64,000 bases of DNA from the NCBI RefSeq assembly GCF_009914755.1, contig NC_060932.1. The stretch is one strand, 5' to 3'. Below the pieces are notes generated by a model. That model saw nothing but the letters and a program-made list of their open reading frames with translations, searched no databases and was not told where the DNA came from. This document shows, one piece after another, positions 13,281 to 28,331 of the stretch (its first letter is position 1; each line of letters starts with the position of its first letter). This DNA is from the human T2T-CHM13v2.0 reference genome, Homo sapiens. The translations under genes and the position numbers were made by a program.

Positions 13281-14056
13281 AGAATCAATTCCTAGGAAAC
13301 TAGCAACATATTAGCTATGTCCAAACCATGTGATAGTGTGCCCTTCAGGGAGATACAGGGAGGCCTTTCTCTGTGACTCTGGCTTCTCACTGGCTCTGGT
13401 TTCTGGTCCCTCAAACCCTTAGGAAAGTTGTAATCATGGTATAAATTTTACATAAGTGGAATGGGCCCAGAGAGGTTAAGTCAATGGCCCCCAGTCCCAC
13501 ATTTGCTAAGATACAAATGTAGAATTCCAAAATAGCACAGCCTGGCTCAAAAGCCAAGCTCTTTATCCCACATGGGACTATTCTGAATTCACCAGAATTA
13601 AAGTCCCCAAATAGAAAGGTGGCTTCTCAACTGAGGGCAAGACAATGAGAAAAGAGATAATGAAAATAGCAAGAGTAAGAAGAAACGGCCATCAGATAAA
13701 TAGGATTAATTATGTAGAGTGTGAAGGGTCAAGCAATGATTACTCCCATCTCTGAGAGGCTAGTCCAAGATCATCAAATTAGACATGTCTGCAGAATAAG
13801 TAAGCTATCAGTCTCAGTGCCTCTGGACATTGTGACCATTGTGTCTGTCTCTACTTTGAAAGTTACAGCGGTTCACTATGGTGCCTTAGAGATTTAAAAT
13901 TTTATGCTTTTCTGATTTTAATTATACAAGGCATTAAATTCCTCCAGCTGACACTGGGGCAGGCACAGAGTCAGCAGCTATGAGTCTCTTATTGTGAGTT
14001 CTAAGATCTCTTGTATGAATTTGGTCTTTGTCTCTCCCCCTAGTATTCTTGATGGG

Positions 14057-14440
14057 TGTATTAGTTCGTTCTTGCATTGCTATAACAAACTCCCTGAGAC
14101 TGGGTAATTTATGAAGAAAAGAGGTTTAATTGACTCAAAGTTTGGCAGGCTTAACAGGAAGCATGACTGGGGGGACTCAGGAAATTTACAATCATGGTGG
14201 AAGGTGAAGGGGAAGCAAGCACTTTCTTCACATCGTGGCAGAAGAGACAGAGAGAGTAAGGGAGGGAAGCACCACACACTTCTAAACCATCAAATCTTGT
14301 GAGAACTCACTATCATGAGAACAGCATGGGAGAAATCCATCCCCATGATCCAATCACTTCCCACCAGGTCCCTCCCCCTAACATTGGGAATTATAATTCG
14401 ACATGAGATTTGGGTGCAGACACAGAGTCAAACGATATCA
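14057..14440 (-). mobile_element. MSTA-type MaLR solo LTR
   Basis: TGTATTAGTTCGTTCTTGCATTGC...AAACGATATCA with TSD atggg/atagg. Confidence 0.9.
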
Positions 14441-15394
14441 ATAGGCTTCCTACATATGGTGCATTCTGTAGGGAATCCAGAAAGTGTATCAGAACAAACA
14501 AGCATAGGAAACATATTCTATGTTCTGATACCAAGCATACACACACCCATGTAGCCCCTCATAAACTTCCTTACCTGAGCCTCACAGGGCATTCAGAATC
14601 ATATTCAGTGTGGGGTGGGGAAGCAGAAGTGGCCTTTCTGTCTCAAAATTGGACCATCAGTATGGGGCATGGCTGTGATTTGAATGAGGTGTACCTGATC
14701 CCAGAGCCATGCTCCTAATCACCACCAATTTTGCCATTCTATAAAAGATGCTCCGTGCTAATGTTAGCTCTCTCTTGGCTCCTGCAGAAAACAGATCAGG
14801 CTATTCTAAGGGATCACTAAACGACATGGGAGACCACTTAGTGGACCCTGTCATATAAGAATATTTAATTCTTTAGGAAAGCAGCTCAAAATAGGTCTGG
14901 TTTTTATTTAAATAACTACAGCAATCATAGAAACCAAAATAATAGTATTTGCATAATAAATCATCGTTTACCTGGGACTTTAAGATCAACTCTATAGGGT
15001 TTGTATTACTACTAGTCCCGTTCTACAGATGCACCGACAGAGGGGTGGATCTCTCAGACAGTGTCAAGAATCAACAGTTTCCTACAAAATCATTTATCAA
15101 CATTAATAGCTCAAAAATAATCTGAGCAAATCTTCAGTAAAATTTGGATCATATCAACAACCATGTTACATTCAAATGTCATTGCATGGTTTTGGTAGCT
15201 GCATTTGCATAGGGTTTAAGATCAAGTTGTTAAACATATGGCCATGCTGAAGTGACAGTATTGATATTGCATTGCAACATTCTAAAATTGAGACTAGGGC
15301 ATTTGACTTCTATTTAATGCTGCTCTGCACTTATTGACTGTTTGTTATCTGCTAGTACGCTGCTGAATGCTGTGAACACCTTCTATATGGCTTA

Positions 15395-15756
<362 letters not shown>

Positions 15757-18034
15757 ATAAAATAGCAATAATAATAGCAATTACCTATTAGCAACGTGGT
15801 GAGGAGCAACTAGGGCAGATAATGTAACCATGGTGCTTAAGGGAGAGTCTGACAAAGGATGGACACCTGGCACAAAATAGGTATTTGTGCTAAGAGTACA
15901 TAGAAGACAGGTATGCAGCCCTCACTGCAGGTGCAGGGGGAGTGATGGTCATCAGGAAGAACTCTAAAGTAGAAAGAGGGATGCTTTAGAGGACTCAGCA
16001 GATAGAGTGATGTTGCTGGCCATCACACTGGCAACCGTACTATACAAATATTGCCCCGCTTTTCCCTGCTCTGAAGAGACTGAGGCACAAAAAGGAAATA
16101 AGAGGGAAAAAGGAAATAAGAGGGAACTAAAGCCTCCTTTTCCTGCAGTCTCACAAACACAGCTGCCCCTCTGCCTTTTGCTTTTCAGGATTATAGACAG
16201 ATGATATGCATAGGCTATTTCACAATTGGATTTGCTCACAATGACTCTGCAGACAGCAGATTCTTTAATTAAGGCAACTGAAGTCAACACATCATTCCAG
16301 TGTGGAGAATACTTAACAATCCACATTTGAAAATGCTGAATCTATCTATTAAAACATTTATAGATGGCACTTTCATTTTCTAGCATTTTACTTCCATTTG
16401 TTCTTCATTAAAAGCAATTCCCCTGACTGTGTGCAATGTTCAGCAATTTTGTTAGCAGTTGGCAAATTGGATTCTTAATATTTAATCTAATTGGGAACAA
16501 CATTACACAACTCAAACTGAACAAGCAATTTAGTTGTCAGATCATTATAAAACCATAAACACCTTTCTGATGAATGTCTTTACTTTTATAATGTGGCTTG
16601 AAGGTCCGATTTTTTAAAAAAAATTACTAGTCTCCAATTTAATGTGTACACGTTTCTTAAAAATTACTAAAGAATCACTATGTGTAATATTTTTTAAAAT
16701 GTGAGACATTGTCTGTTAAATGAAATGAGCATGAGCTCCACCATCCCATCGGGGTCCACTTAGATTCAGATACTGGCTTTGTAAATTGTAAACTCTGAGA
16801 TCATGGCTAAGAAGTGACTCCTGAGAGTTCCTGCCTTCATGTGAAAATGCTGAATAGAACTACAAAAACAATATTGGAATGAGATACCACCTACTGGATA
16901 CGATTGTTGAAAAGATTAAACTTAGAATAAATTAAATGACTGATATGTATTAAGTGCACCGTACGATCACTACGTAAATAGTAGCCACGGTGAACTAAGT
17001 AATAAGTATTATTGTCATTATTAGTGTTAATTCTTTCTATTAATATCGTTATAATGCCAACAGCATGTCATCTCATTTTCCCTCATAATTAGACCACAGT
17101 CCAGAGTTACAGGAGACAAACAGATGGAGGAATGGGAGAGGATGGCTAAATTCCGTGTGTTGTTTTCAATTTTATGTAATTTCTTTTTTTTTTTTTTTAA
17201 CTTGATGTCTTTGACTGCTTTAAGACTTGGCTCTCAGATCTGGCAGAAATAGCTTTTGGAGATAGAATTTTAGCTTGTTAAGGATCAGATGTGGAGAAAG
17301 TTTATCTCCCTTGCAAATTGCTGTTTATAGATTTAAGCAAGAGAAGGATGGATTTAAACACTAGAATGATGCAAGAGGTAAAAATAAATGAAAATGGACT
17401 GGGGGGTTGTACAAAGGAGGGAAAGTCCAATGAACTCACTTAGAAGTAGAGGGGAAGCAGCAAGCTCCGCTAGGCTGGAACCCACTTAGAGGACAGTATC
17501 AAGGAGGCTCCCACAATGAACAGGAGAGCCTGATGGATAGGAGAGCTTCTGTAGCCCCGAAGACTTGTGGCTGGAAGTCTGCTCTCAACCCAACTGGACT
17601 CAACATAACTTTTGGTGGTGTTCAGGATGGCTTTGTTGTGGGGGCCTTTCTAACCCAGGGACCAAAGCCTGATCATCCTCCTGTGGTTTTGTGTTGACCT
17701 AATTTCTCCAAATCCAGCCTGTTCTGTCCCTGACACCAGTCTCCCATCCCAACACAACTGAGTCTATATTCTATGCCTTCACGTTACCAAATCCATTGCG
17801 CAGACAGCCAGGTAATTGCCCCTGGCTTTTTTTCAACAGAGATCCCAGGAAATGAGAGTCTATCTCCTCTTGGGAACTGCTCTGCCATATCCCCGACTCA
17901 AATACTCTTACTATTTCTATGCAAAGGTAATAAACAGTTCTATCAAGAATAATTATGATTTGTGTTACTATGAATAGCCATATTTTAGAATTAAGCATAA
18001 TACACACACATAGTATGCTTAACATGGTGCATGT

Positions 18035-18740
18035 ATGCATTTATTCAAGAATCACTTATTGGGCATTGTTTCTGGACTAGGCACCAAGCTGAACTCTACT
18101 AGAAAATGAAAATATTATTTGTGTATGACTTTGGGTTCAAGATCTTTGCAGTTTAGCATGTGAGGGAGCACACAGACTAATGATTTTAGGAGTCTGATAA
18201 GTGCTATGATAAATTTATACATAAATGCTATTGCAGCACAAAGAAAGATGTCTGCATCATTCTGGGGTCAGTCAAGAAAAACACCATGTAAAAAATAATC
18301 CTGTTGTTTAAAATACATAGTTAGCCAGATGGACACATAGGTGAAAATTCCAGGCACCTAGATAAGGGAAAACCTACTGCGGAAGGGAAAAATAAAATTG
18401 ATACGATTCTAGCAGAAAGTACAAGGTTGAAGCTGAGCTTAGACTCAGAGGCATAAAGCAGTATGAAGGTCTCTCTTATTTGTCATGATGATGCATGTAA
18501 GATTCAGCACCTCAAATTAGCCTTAGGTGAAGATGGAGCAGAGGGAAGAGGATCAGAAAAAAATAAGTAAGTTGGGAGTCTGTGCACTGTCTGGATAAGA
18601 AGGAATTAGGACATATTTGCAGGCAGTGGAAGAAGGGGAAGAGGCAAAAAAAGCAAAGACACAGTTTGTAGAAATCAGTCACTAACGTAGACATAAGAGA
18701 GAAGAAGGGATCGGGGATAATTCTGAGGTTTCCAGTGACT
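18035..18740 (-). mobile_element. L2 relic
   Basis: 'tttattcaag...cttattgggcatt...ctaggcac' and 'gataagtgctatga' L2 3' region in reverse. Confidence 0.5.
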
Positions 18741-18789
18741 CAGACAACACAGATTTTTCAAAAAGTTTTAGATCCCATGAAGATGGACA

Positions 18790-19350
18790 TGATTAAATAT
18801 CTAGACATGATTAAATATCTAGAGTCTAACAGCCTGGGCTCAAACCCTAGAACCACCATCCACAATCTACCTAATCTTGGGCCAGTTAGTTATCTCTCTA
18901 TGCCTAAGTTACCTTATCTGTAAAATGAGGGAAAACTAATAGATTCCTGGTAGGGTGCTAGTGAAGAGCAAATTAGATAACGTGTGCAAGAACTTAATAT
19001 GGGAGATAGAAAATAGTAAATACTCAAAATAATATTTTAACTGATATTATTCTATTAATTGAAAGTATGGACTCTGATCTGAATGTTGGCCATAGAGCCA
19101 TTTCCCTTATATCTATAAACTCACCACCATGATCCCTGGAAATAACTATTACATAGCAAAGAGAACATTAGACTTGGAATCTTGAATCTAGCATCTAATA
19201 TTTACTAGATGAACAATCCTAGGCAAGTCACTTTCAGTCTCTGAGCCTCAGGCTTCCATTCTATGACAGAAGTTAGCAAGTTGCAGAGGCGTTATCCGAA
19301 ATATTAAATGAAACAAGAGGATGAAAGTGCTTTGGCACAGACAGAACATT
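18790..19350 (+). mobile_element. Two MIR relics
   Basis: 'cagcctgggctcaaaccctag...tctctatgcctaagttaccttatctgtaaaatgagg' and 'ggcaagtcactttcagtctctgagcctcag'. Confidence 0.65.
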
Positions 19351-20996
19351 ATAGAACCCCCAAGTCATGTTGCATTAATTGATACATCAATAATAATTGT
19401 CAGAAAGTACAACTAAGGCACTTTGGGAAGGTTGCATGGGCACTCCATTCTCCGCACCCTCCTCCCACCCATGAATGGCTCAGATCCTACAAGTGATGCC
19501 ACGCAAAGATTAGAGAAGCCCCCAGAAGATATTCTGGCAGCCATGAGCAAGCATCAGTTTCTTTGGACATTCTCTCGGGAATGAGAATGAGATCAGCATA
19601 GAACAGGATTCTCTGTGCTACCCAGAGAAAGCAATTAATGAGTCCGAGGGGATGGTAAAAGTCAGTGGAAGCGATATTCATTTCCAATAACAAATACCAG
19701 AACAAACTATGTTACAGTGAACAGTACAGTGTACATGCTACTACACCTACAGACAAGGAGCCTGTCTGCACATGGAACAATCTGAAGACTTGGTTCCAAT
19801 AGGGTTTCCTTGTCATATCAACCCCAGGAATAGAAGATCTGCAGTGGAATGGTGGCAGTGAGTTGCTGGTTGCCAATTAAAATCTAAATAACTACAATAA
19901 CAATTTTTATGAAGACACTACCAATAAGACTTAGAACCGTTGGAGGATAGCTAGATAGAAGAGGACACATCTGATCAATTCTGAGATAAGCTTTCCTCAG
20001 ACTATCTTTTAATAACATTCACACTCATGATATTTATTGAGTTCTAGGTGCTTACACAGATGCTGAAGGTTATAGCGTGAAGGCAGACATGTCTGCCTTC
20101 ACCAGGCCTTCAGCCTGTAGTGAAGACAGACAACTGTCTGCAGTGAGATTGGCATTGCACTAATGGAGAAAGGGAAAGGATGCAGGTAAGGGGTGCTGGG
20201 TAATGCCTGTCTGAGCCAGGAACATTCATTCTGAATCCTAAAGAATGGCCAAGAGAAAGCTTCAAAAAGTCAGTCATCTGATGTGCTGCCTTTCTCACTC
20301 ATTTGGGCAATAAATACCTGAAGTCGTCTGATGTGTTTATGAACAAGTTGGTGGTTGGAAAGTATTACTGTTTCTAAGCCCCATTTAAGAGCCAGTGATG
20401 GGTTGCTCATTAGAGAGTGAAAACCTGCTCTCTAAACTCTGATTAATCCACAGGAATCTTTGACTTGGTAGTCTTTGCAATAAGCATATTCATATAGCCT
20501 AACCCATGTTCTTGAAAGACAGCTACAATCCTAACCATCTTATAAAAGGGGAAACGAGGCATGAGGACACATAATAAGTAGGCTACAGAGCTTTCCAGGG
20601 CTTTGGGCTGTGGAGTCTACCAGCTTCTTCACTGTATGGTTATGCGACTTTGGTCAAATAGAAACCCTTGTTGCCTTGGTTTCCTGATGCACATGATAGT
20701 ATAATAATAGTCACCTCGAAGCTGCGAGGGATAAGTGAGATAATCTATGTAAGCATTGCCTGTCACCAAAATGACCAGCATCATCACCACCATCATCAAC
20801 AGCATCATCACCATTATCTAATGCCTGACGAATATGCCCACTTAGGTCAAGAGTCTGGAAATTTTGTTCAGAATCTATATTTATGTAAATAGTAACTAAA
20901 TGAAATAATGTGCTTCATGGCTAGAATTATCAATATACTTCTGGATAGTCATATCTAGACAACAAAATGGTATAACTGAAAAAGTTCTTAGCTTAA

Positions 20997-21410
<414 letters not shown>

Positions 21411-22428
21411 GATATATTTCTTTATACAACAGCATTCAGTGAGTTTCCTCCTATGCGTGAGGCGCTGAGGATGTATCAGTGTTCATGAACTACCTGGTCC
21501 TTTCCTTCACGGAGTTTTTGTAGCAGTGGAGACAAAGTAGGAAGAGAAAAAGTTGAATGTTACTATGAAACAGCCATGGGATGAAGACAAGATACTGGAG
21601 GGATTCTTTTAGGCCATCTCATAAATGTAAGGAATTCTTATTTCTGTATCAAAAATTACCTCTGTTTTCCAAACAATGAAACTATTAATGGAAGTCATAT
21701 TTAACTCCCACCTCTTCACACTAAGTATAATTGGTAGACTTTAATGGGTGAAAATTTAGTATTTATGGAAACATGATAACTAAGATTACTTCCAAATGTG
21801 TGAGTAATGAGACTTTAGGGGAAAATAAAAATGGAATCCATGTAGATGCAGTTCTTGAATTAACCAAAAAATGTCTGTGCATATGAGCAAAGATAGAAAT
21901 AATTCTACTTCTATTACTTCTAATTAAAGCTCTACTAAAAATAGTGAGAAAAATAAAAGCAGGAGAAGGAAAAAGATGAGAGCTACCATTTATTCAATAT
22001 TTACCATAAGTCAATCACTCTACACATTAATCATGAGAACGACCATAGAAGTCACATGGGGATAGCAATATGTCCTGCTCACAATCACATATTAATTTAG
22101 TGCAATACCATTATAGAAAATAGTGAAGAGTTCAGAATTACAGACATGGGTTACAATTTGAGCTCTAATAATTTCCCTTAGAAAAGATTCCTGGCGTCTC
22201 AGATCCCCTGTTTGCTCCTCTACAGAGTGGGACTCATACTTAGAAATGTTCATGGATGTTAGAAAAGTTAAAAAGATGATGTTTGCAAAAACTGAATATA
22301 CAGCACAGAGTTGCTCAATAGATATCCCTCCTCCTTTCTTTTTACATGGGCAGTGGATTTCTTGCCTTCTAAGGTTTGCTACAGGCCACTCTAGAGACCC
22401 TGTTCAATGCCCTGCTCCTCCCAAACTT

Positions 22429-22435
22429 ACACGCA

Positions 22436-22495
<60 letters not shown>
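22429..22495. repeat. Compound (CA)n(GA)n microsatellite
   Basis: Seen directly. Confidence 0.95.
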
Positions 22496-23728
22496 TTTAT
22501 GAATAGAATGTTGTCCCATCAGACAAGGCAACGCAGCCAGGAAACTGCTTACCAGGCACCAGTAAAATACTCCGCAAGAAAATGAAATTGAACCAAAATA
22601 GAAAATAAAACTATTTCTAAAATTCCAACAATAAAATTAGGTTGAAATGAGTTGAATGCATTTGCAGGTGATGATAAATATCATGTGCCTACTTACCTGG
22701 CTAACCCAGTGAGAGCTGTATCTGTAACTGCCATTAATAACCACACATCTGAACACTAGTAATTTGGTCTCCATGGAAACAGAAGGTACTATCTTCACTA
22801 CTGTTCATAGATGGATCTTTTATTATTTCAATATTTGAAAAGTGATTTTTCAAGATGATAGAAACTGTAAAATATATTCAATTATGCGTAACATGGGAGA
22901 TAGGAAGTGGGGAGTTTCAAATACGCCTTTGGTTTTGCTTATTTTTCAGGGAGAAAAGAAAATGACACTGATGGGGAGAACAGGTTGATATTTTAGAAGA
23001 AAGGATCACAATTCCTAGATCTCCTGTAACTTCTAACATTGTTAAACCTGAAACCTGTCCCTGGCAGCTTTCATCGTAGGGGTTGATTTGCTGCCTTTAG
23101 TCATTTCACAGAAGTCCACCAGGTACCAATAAATGCCCAGAACCCCAGTGAATTAAGGAAGGCCACTCGGCAATCACCCAGTGAGGATCATAAAATCTGG
23201 GTAAATATTTGAGATGGGGATTGAGAAAATAACAAAGAAGCATGGTCTAAGATACCAAATGGACCAGGCCTTCCTATTCCTCCACTAGTTAAAACAGAAA
23301 ACCAGGGTCATCCTTGTATGTTCTTTCCCTCTCACCCAGACGTGTTCATTCTCTCTCTTAAATGACTCACTTTACCTCTTAAATGACTCACTTTACCTCC
23401 CTCCCCCATTTCCTATTGCATTAGCACGGATCAGGTTCTCCCTTGGAATAATCCAAATGTGTTTTTACTAGTCAGCTCTTTCCCTCTAGGAACTCATGTT
23501 CTGGTAGAAACAGAAACAGATGCACAGGTGCTTGTGATAAGCAATTCATATGAACTATTCATAGACAACAGCTAATGAAAGGCTGACCTCCTGCCCTGGA
23601 TTATCTCATGGATTTTAATATATTAACTCATTTTTTTCTCACCCCAAACATACTGATTGTTCTTGTTAATATTATTTCTATTTTACAAATGCTTTAACTC
23701 ATACACAAATAGGGTGATTTGCCTAAAA

Positions 23729-23729
<1 letters not shown>

Positions 23730-23770
<41 letters not shown>
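23730..23770. repeat. (CA)n microsatellite
   Basis: Seen directly. Confidence 0.95.
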
Positions 23771-23774
<4 letters not shown>

Positions 23775-24084
23775 TCATGTGCAGAACTTAACAAAGCAGA
23801 GAGCAGAACATAAGCAATCTGGGTCCAGTGCCCCATGGTGAGAACTAAAGCAGGTATATAACTTGAAATGCTTGGGTTGCCAAAAGGTGACAGTATTTCA
23901 AGAAGTATTCTCTTGATTGGGTCACCTTTCTAGCCAGGAGTCGAGGATAGGCTTGCTGTTTCTTTCTGAGCCCTAGGCAAGTGTAATTCAAATGTCACTC
24001 TAATCAGCAGCTGAAGTACCACCCTCTCCTCTGGGGCACCTTGGGAAGGTCCTACGCATCAACTGCTAGTGAGAGGCAAAAAGC

Positions 24085-24310
24085 ATCGTTGTTGAGCCTG
24101 GAGCCTCTGAAGCCACACTTCCCAGGTGTGTGTCCTGCACGACTGCTTACCAGCTGGTTCCTTGACCTTTCTGGGCTTCAGTTTCTTCATCTTAAAAATG
24201 AGATTATTAATGACCTGCCTTATAGGTGGACACTTCATTTAAATGAGTAAATAAATGCAAAGAGCCTAGAAGCATATCTAACGCATTGTAAGTGCTTGGT
24301 AAGTATTGAT
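24085..24310 (+). mobile_element. MIR relic
   Basis: 'gggcttcagtttcttcatcttaaaaatgag...ttaaatgagtaaataaatgcaaagagcctagaa'. Confidence 0.65.
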
Positions 24311-24559
24311 GAAGAAGAGGGTGAGGGGGATGGTAATGATGCTAGCGGTGGTGATAACAAAATTGAAAACGGCTATCACTTCTATACCACAAGAACTCCC
24401 CCCAACTATTTCGAGTCCTGTGTTCATATTGCCAGTGTAAATTTCATCTCATGGTTTATAAGAAAATAGGAAATAGAACAACAACTAACTGCACATATAT
24501 AAATGTTCAAAAGTCTCATATAAAAAGGAGAGTAAGAAGCAAGGGACCACTGCCTCAGC

Positions 24560-25700
24560 CAACAAGGAGAAACAAATGTACTCACCCACGTGAAATAACT
24601 AAAATATAGATAAGACAGCTGAGCAAGTTTTTCAGGCTTTGGATATCAGGCTGCATAGACTAAAAACGAAGTGAGACCTACTATTGTTTATTCTAATATA
24701 CTTCCTGAAGGGAGTTTCTGGGCCATGATGCAGAAAGATGAAACCCAGGAAATTTCTAGCTGACTCTTTGTATTAGTCTTTTCTTGCATTGCTAGAAAGA
24801 AATGCCTGAGACTGGGTAATTTAGAAAGAAAAGAGGTTTAATTGGCTCATGGTTCTGCAGGCTGCCCAGGAAGCATACTGGCTTCTGTTTCTGGGGAAGC
24901 CTCAGGAAACGTACAATCATGGAAGAAGGAGAAGGAGAAGCAGGCACCTCTTAGATGGCAGGAGTAGGAGCAATAGAGAGAGCAGGGAAGTGTCACACGC
25001 TTTCAAACAACCAGATCTCCTGAGAACTCACTCACTATACAGCACCAAGGGGGATGGTGCCAAATCATTCATGAGAACTCTGCCCTCATGATCCAATCAC
25101 CTCTCAGCAGGCCCCACCTCCAACACTGGGGATTAGAATTCAACATGAGATTTGGTGAGGACACAGATTCAAACCATATTACTCTCAGATTTGAGAAGAC
25201 AGAATGCAAATTGCAGGGAGTTTAGGTGGGCTAGAGTTCACAGGACAGAGTACTGAATAGGAGAGCCAAGGAAACAATTCCCAGAGCTCACCCAGGACTG
25301 AGAATTAACTGACGTATCAGAATGAAAAACCTCATAATTCATGGAATATTGAGGAGAAAACTCAGAAGGAGATTACCTCACTGATTGGGTAAAATTAGCC
25401 TAGAGTAAAAGCTGCTCTGATCCCACCGAACAAATCTTAAAAAGCAAGCTTTGGAAAGATCAGATTCCAAGTAACTTAACCACATCCAATTACAAAGCTA
25501 AAGAATGCATATGTATATATGAGTGTGCACACACACGCACATGCGCACACACCCACACATATCCAGCCCTGAAAAATATAAAACCACAATGCCTATCATT
25601 GAATACAAAACTACTAGGCATACAAATAAGCAGGGAAACGAAATACATGTAAAGAGAAAAATCAATCAGTAGAAACTAATTCAGAAACGGCAGCAATGAT
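24560..25700 (+). mobile_element. Old L1M (L1MC/MD-like) 5' region, interrupted by an MSTA LTR
   Basis: 'gctagagttcacaggacagagtac' and 'aattagcctagagtaaaagctgctctg...aaaagcaagc' resemble old L1M 5'/ORF1 sequence. Confidence 0.5.
24769..25181 (-). mobile_element. MSTA/MSTB-type MaLR solo LTR
   Basis: TGTATTAGTC...CAAACCATATTA with TSD ctctt/ctctc. Confidence 0.9.
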
Positions 25701-25704
25701 AGAG

Positions 25705-25970
25705 TTCTCAGCAAGGACAGGTGCAAAGAGAAAGAAGATGATGTAGAGAGTGGGAGGTGGAGATGTGGAAGACAGAAAAGAGGAGATGGAGAGAGAGAGA
25801 GACGGGAAGCCGAGAAAGATGGAGAAACAGAAGGACAACTGAGAGGTAAGGGGATAAACAGAGAAGCCATGTAAGTAAGGAGAGAGATGCCTGGAGAGAA
25901 AAGGCAGATACAGGAGGAGGAGCAGGTAGTGGCAGATAAAAGGGGTATAACAGGATGACAGAAAGGGGGT
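25705..25970. repeat. Purine-rich (GA) low-complexity tract
   Basis: Strong A/G bias seen directly. Confidence 0.7.
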
Positions 25971-27414
25971 TGAATGGCAATCGCCTGCCCACTGCTTCTT
26001 AACTCTTATCACAATTGCAACTCATAACTAATTGGTGCAATTATCTATTTATTCTATATATGCCCCCTCCCCAAAGAAAAACTTCCCCACCAAAGCCCTG
26101 TCTGTCCATAAAGCCAGGATATCATCTGTTTTATTCACTGCAGTTTTACCAATGATTCACACAGTCCATTGAATATAGCAGGGTGGCCCAAAGTTACTGA
26201 ATATATTAAAGAAGGGGACAAATATAACTGCTATTTTACTGACCAGGCTGAAGAGGTTCAGTAACTTGCTCAAAGACAAAAGCTAGTAAGTAGAATAGTT
26301 ATATTTAGATGTGGTGGGGTTTTTTGTTTGTTTGTTTGTAGGATTTTTGTTGGTGGTGTTTTTTTTTTTTTTTTTTTTTTTAATTCTGAGCCCAGGATAT
26401 TCCTTAGAGTCAAAAAAACGAAATGAATTTTTAAAAAAGATTCTGAAAAGCAACCCATGACATGTCTTTAACTGCTCAATGAATAATTATTCTTAAATTA
26501 CGGATTATATTTTCTCAAGAAGGACAACTGTGAGTACAGACAGTTCAGAGTCTTTACCCTACATTTAGGAGAAAGACACATTGCCTTCTGCAACTGCAGG
26601 TAGGGCTGAGACAATGGAATGGACAAGGCTTGGCTGTGTAGGAGGCTACTGTCGGGGACATGAGCCTCCTCCAACTGTGAACTGGGTCCTTTTCATGTTC
26701 AGATTCCAAGATTAGGTACACAGGTGTTAGAGGGTGTCTGCCACACTGGTCTTCTGTAGCTTCTCTACTTGTGTCACACAGGAACAGTTAGTTTCTATTT
26801 CTGAACCTCCGTTTTCTTGTTCCGAAATGTCAGTGGTGATTTCTCCCTCTAAGGGTTATCACGGGGTTAAACAGGAGAGAACAACAAAATCCATGTGGCA
26901 ATGACTATTCCACCAGGGCCCATTTATGAGAAGCCTGTTAGTCTGGAAATGTACAGTGAAGAATAAACTACTTCACCCAACACTTGTAGTCCAGGAGCTC
27001 TTGACTACAGAGACTGGCAAGAAAATAAGCAGTGACAATGAACTGTAACCGTTGAAATGATAGGAGTGAGCAAAAAGATATTTGGGTCCCAAAGAAGGGC
27101 CTCCTAAACCAGCCAGGAGTCAGGCAAGAGGGTGGGAAGTAGATTAGGACTTTGGAGGAAAGAATGCTTGTGCAGAGTCCTGTAGGAGCAACAAGAATTC
27201 CTAAGATAAAGAGGATCCTGAAGGGTATCCCAGGCATAGGAAGCAGCCTACAAACAAGTGGGAAACTGAGAAAGATCATGTGTTCTTAAGGATCCTTTGG
27301 CATGGATTGAAGGATAGAGGTGGCCAAGACTCTAAGTTCATTGAGTATTAAACAATGACAGACACATATCTTACTCAGAGCATTGTGCACTAGTATCGCA
27401 GAAATGTGTTAAAC

Positions 27415-27890
27415 TCACATGTTCTTCGCAGCACTATTCACAAGAGCAAAGACACGGAATCAACCTAAGTGCCATCAATGATGGATTAGACAAACAACAT
27501 GTGGTCCATATACAACGTGGAATACTATGCAGCCATAAAAAATAACAAAATTATTTTCTTTGCAGCAACATGGATGCAGCTGGAGGCCATTATCCTAAGC
27601 AAATTAACACAGGAACAGAGAAATGTCACATGTTCTCACTTTTAAGTGGGAGCTAAACATTGGGTACACATGGATATAAAGATGGTAAGAATAGAAACTG
27701 GGGATTACTAGAGGACGGGGGTGGGGGGCAAGGGTTGAAAAATTAACTGTTGCATACTATGCTCAGTACCTGGGTGACAGGATCAACTGTACCCCAAACC
27801 TCAGTATCATGCAATATACCCAGGTAACAAAGCTGCACATGTGCCCCCTGAACCTAAAGTAAAAGTTGAAAAAGATAAAAATAAAAAAGC
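27415..27890 (+). mobile_element. 5'-truncated L1 (L1PA15/16-like) 3' end
   Basis: 'gcagcactattcacaa...ggaatactatgcagccataaaa...accccaaacctcagtatcatgcaatatacc...gaacctaaagtaaaagttg' followed by an A-rich tail. Confidence 0.88.
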
Positions 27891-28118
27891 TAAAGCTAGG
27901 GAAATACCACGGTTGAAGAACATTGATAATTGCAGACCAAAGAATTGACAGCACTCTGTAGTTAGCACATTCAGGAAGGCATAGGTGTCCAGCTGAGATG
28001 GAACAATGCAGAAAGTCATCCAGCATCAAATACAGAGCAGAACTCATGCATGCACACATGCACACGCACACAGACAACGCAAGAGGGGCTAGAGAGAACC
28101 AAGACCAAAACATTTTTA

Positions 28119-28206
28119 TTTATTTATTTTTTTTGAGACAGAGTCTTGCTCTGTCGCCCAGGCTGGAATGCAGAGGCCCGATCTCGGCTCACTGCAACCT
28201 CCGCCT
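28119..28206 (-). mobile_element. Severely 5'-truncated Alu (3' end of right arm only)
   Basis: T-tail + 'gagacagagtcttgctctgtcgcccaggctgg...caacctccgcct', flanked by TSD aacattttta. Confidence 0.88.
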
Positions 28207-28331
28207 AACATTTTTAAAGATATATGTGACTAAAGGTTCCACATCATTGAGTAACAACTAGCATGGAAGAATAGTACTACATTGTAGCTATACCTAAACA
28301 GTTAAAATACAACTATTATCTGGTTAGCATA

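Noticed and set aside
25662-26012. Hydrophobic 'membrane-protein-like' minus-strand ORFs
   Set aside because: An artefact of the CT-rich strand of a purine-rich low-complexity tract.
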